From Marsupella aquatica (lineage: Eukaryota; Plantae; Marchantiophyta), in contig OZ316892.1 of the NCBI GenBank assembly GCA_973895155.1, positions 24,003,971-24,067,970 on the forward strand: DNA of 64,000 nucleotides, read 5' to 3'. The position numbers and the translations under genes are program-made. The notes under the pieces are model-generated. The model was not told the DNA's origin. It ran no database searches and saw only the letters and a program-made list of their open reading frames with translations. Shown in pieces: positions 63,113 to 64,000 of this stretch; within the stretch, counting starts at the first letter, position 1, and each line of letters begins with the position of its first letter.

Positions 63113-63395
63113 TCTTACTTTAAAAGGGCCAAGTGAAATCTACTTTTAAGAGCCTAGGTCTAGAGTGAAACCTCTAGACCGTAACTCTATGGTCATCATG
63201 TGCATGGGAAAAACTCATGACATGACTATGATGTATGTCAACTGGTACATGCAAGTATTTTACATCTTACTATAAAAGCGCCAACTGAAGTCTACTTTTA
63301 AGAGCCTAGGTCTAGAGTGAAGCCTCTAGACCGTAACTCTATGGTCATCATGTGCATGGGAAAAACTCATGACATGACTATGATGTATGTCAACT
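63113..63395. repeat. ~152-bp tandem duplication, each unit containing a hairpin
   Basis: Units start at ~63113 and ~63265. GGTCTAGAG-N6-CTCTAGACC perfect inverted repeat at 63157-63180 and 63309-63332. Confidence 0.85.
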
Positions 63396-64000
63396 AGTAG
63401 CTGCGAGTATTTTCCATTCAAAAAATATGGGCATTATGGCCCCACCATAACATATGTGCATAGAAGATGGATGTGCATACAAAAAGAGTGATGTGCACAT
63501 AAAGGAGAATGGTATATTATATATGACTATTAAAATGATGAATTTTTATCATTTCATTAACCTTCAAAGAATATGAATAGAGAATATATTTTGATAATAT
63601 TTTTATTGTCCTCTCCGCTATTCATGTTCAAAGAACGGGTAGTCGGGGCTAGTACAGACAGAATATTGGTTCTATGCATGTGGTGAATGTGTAGGATAAC
63701 CCCTGGCCTGAAATCATTAATGGGATGTAAGCCTTGAGGGCGAGAGGGTTACAGCCATGGCTCAGAACAGGCCATGTGTTAGCAAGCGTACCCCAACTCT
63801 TTACCACATACAATTCTGAAATTTTGAAAGACTTGGCAAGGCTGGCTAGGGATAATCAAACTTGGAACCCTGGCCAGGCTGGGAAGGGGTTATGGCTAGA
63901 GACCAAGAAAAAGGAGGGGGTACAAATGGATGGAATGATAACTTGAGGGATGAAATGATGGAACATTGCTTCTATGACGAATCGTTGGAACCATTTTTTA

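Overview
Eukaryotic land-plant nuclear DNA with spliceosomal introns. The gene style suggests a bryophyte or other early-diverging lineage, but that is inference only. In order, the window holds: an intact 3-exon LRR-III-type receptor-like (pseudo)kinase; a young full-length Ty1/copia LTR retrotransposon (TSD GGAGA, tRNA-iMet PBS, PPT, one nonsense codon, one frameshift) whose LTRs differ by four copies of a 57-bp repeat; a paralogue of the kinase with a decayed ectodomain but intact kinase exons; a divergent nuclear rbcS; a 3-exon, ~1010-aa gene whose C-terminal half matches cyanobacterial SomA/OprB-type porin motifs behind a transit-peptide/hydrophobic/poly-Gly leader; a decayed LRR-RLK pseudogene; mitochondrial-type GUF1/LepA (11 exons); and AKR2 (8 exons, convergent with GUF1). 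MITE, LINE and LTR remnants and many local tandem repeats lie between the genes. All exon boundaries and family assignments were made by eye from motifs and memory; no database searches were run.
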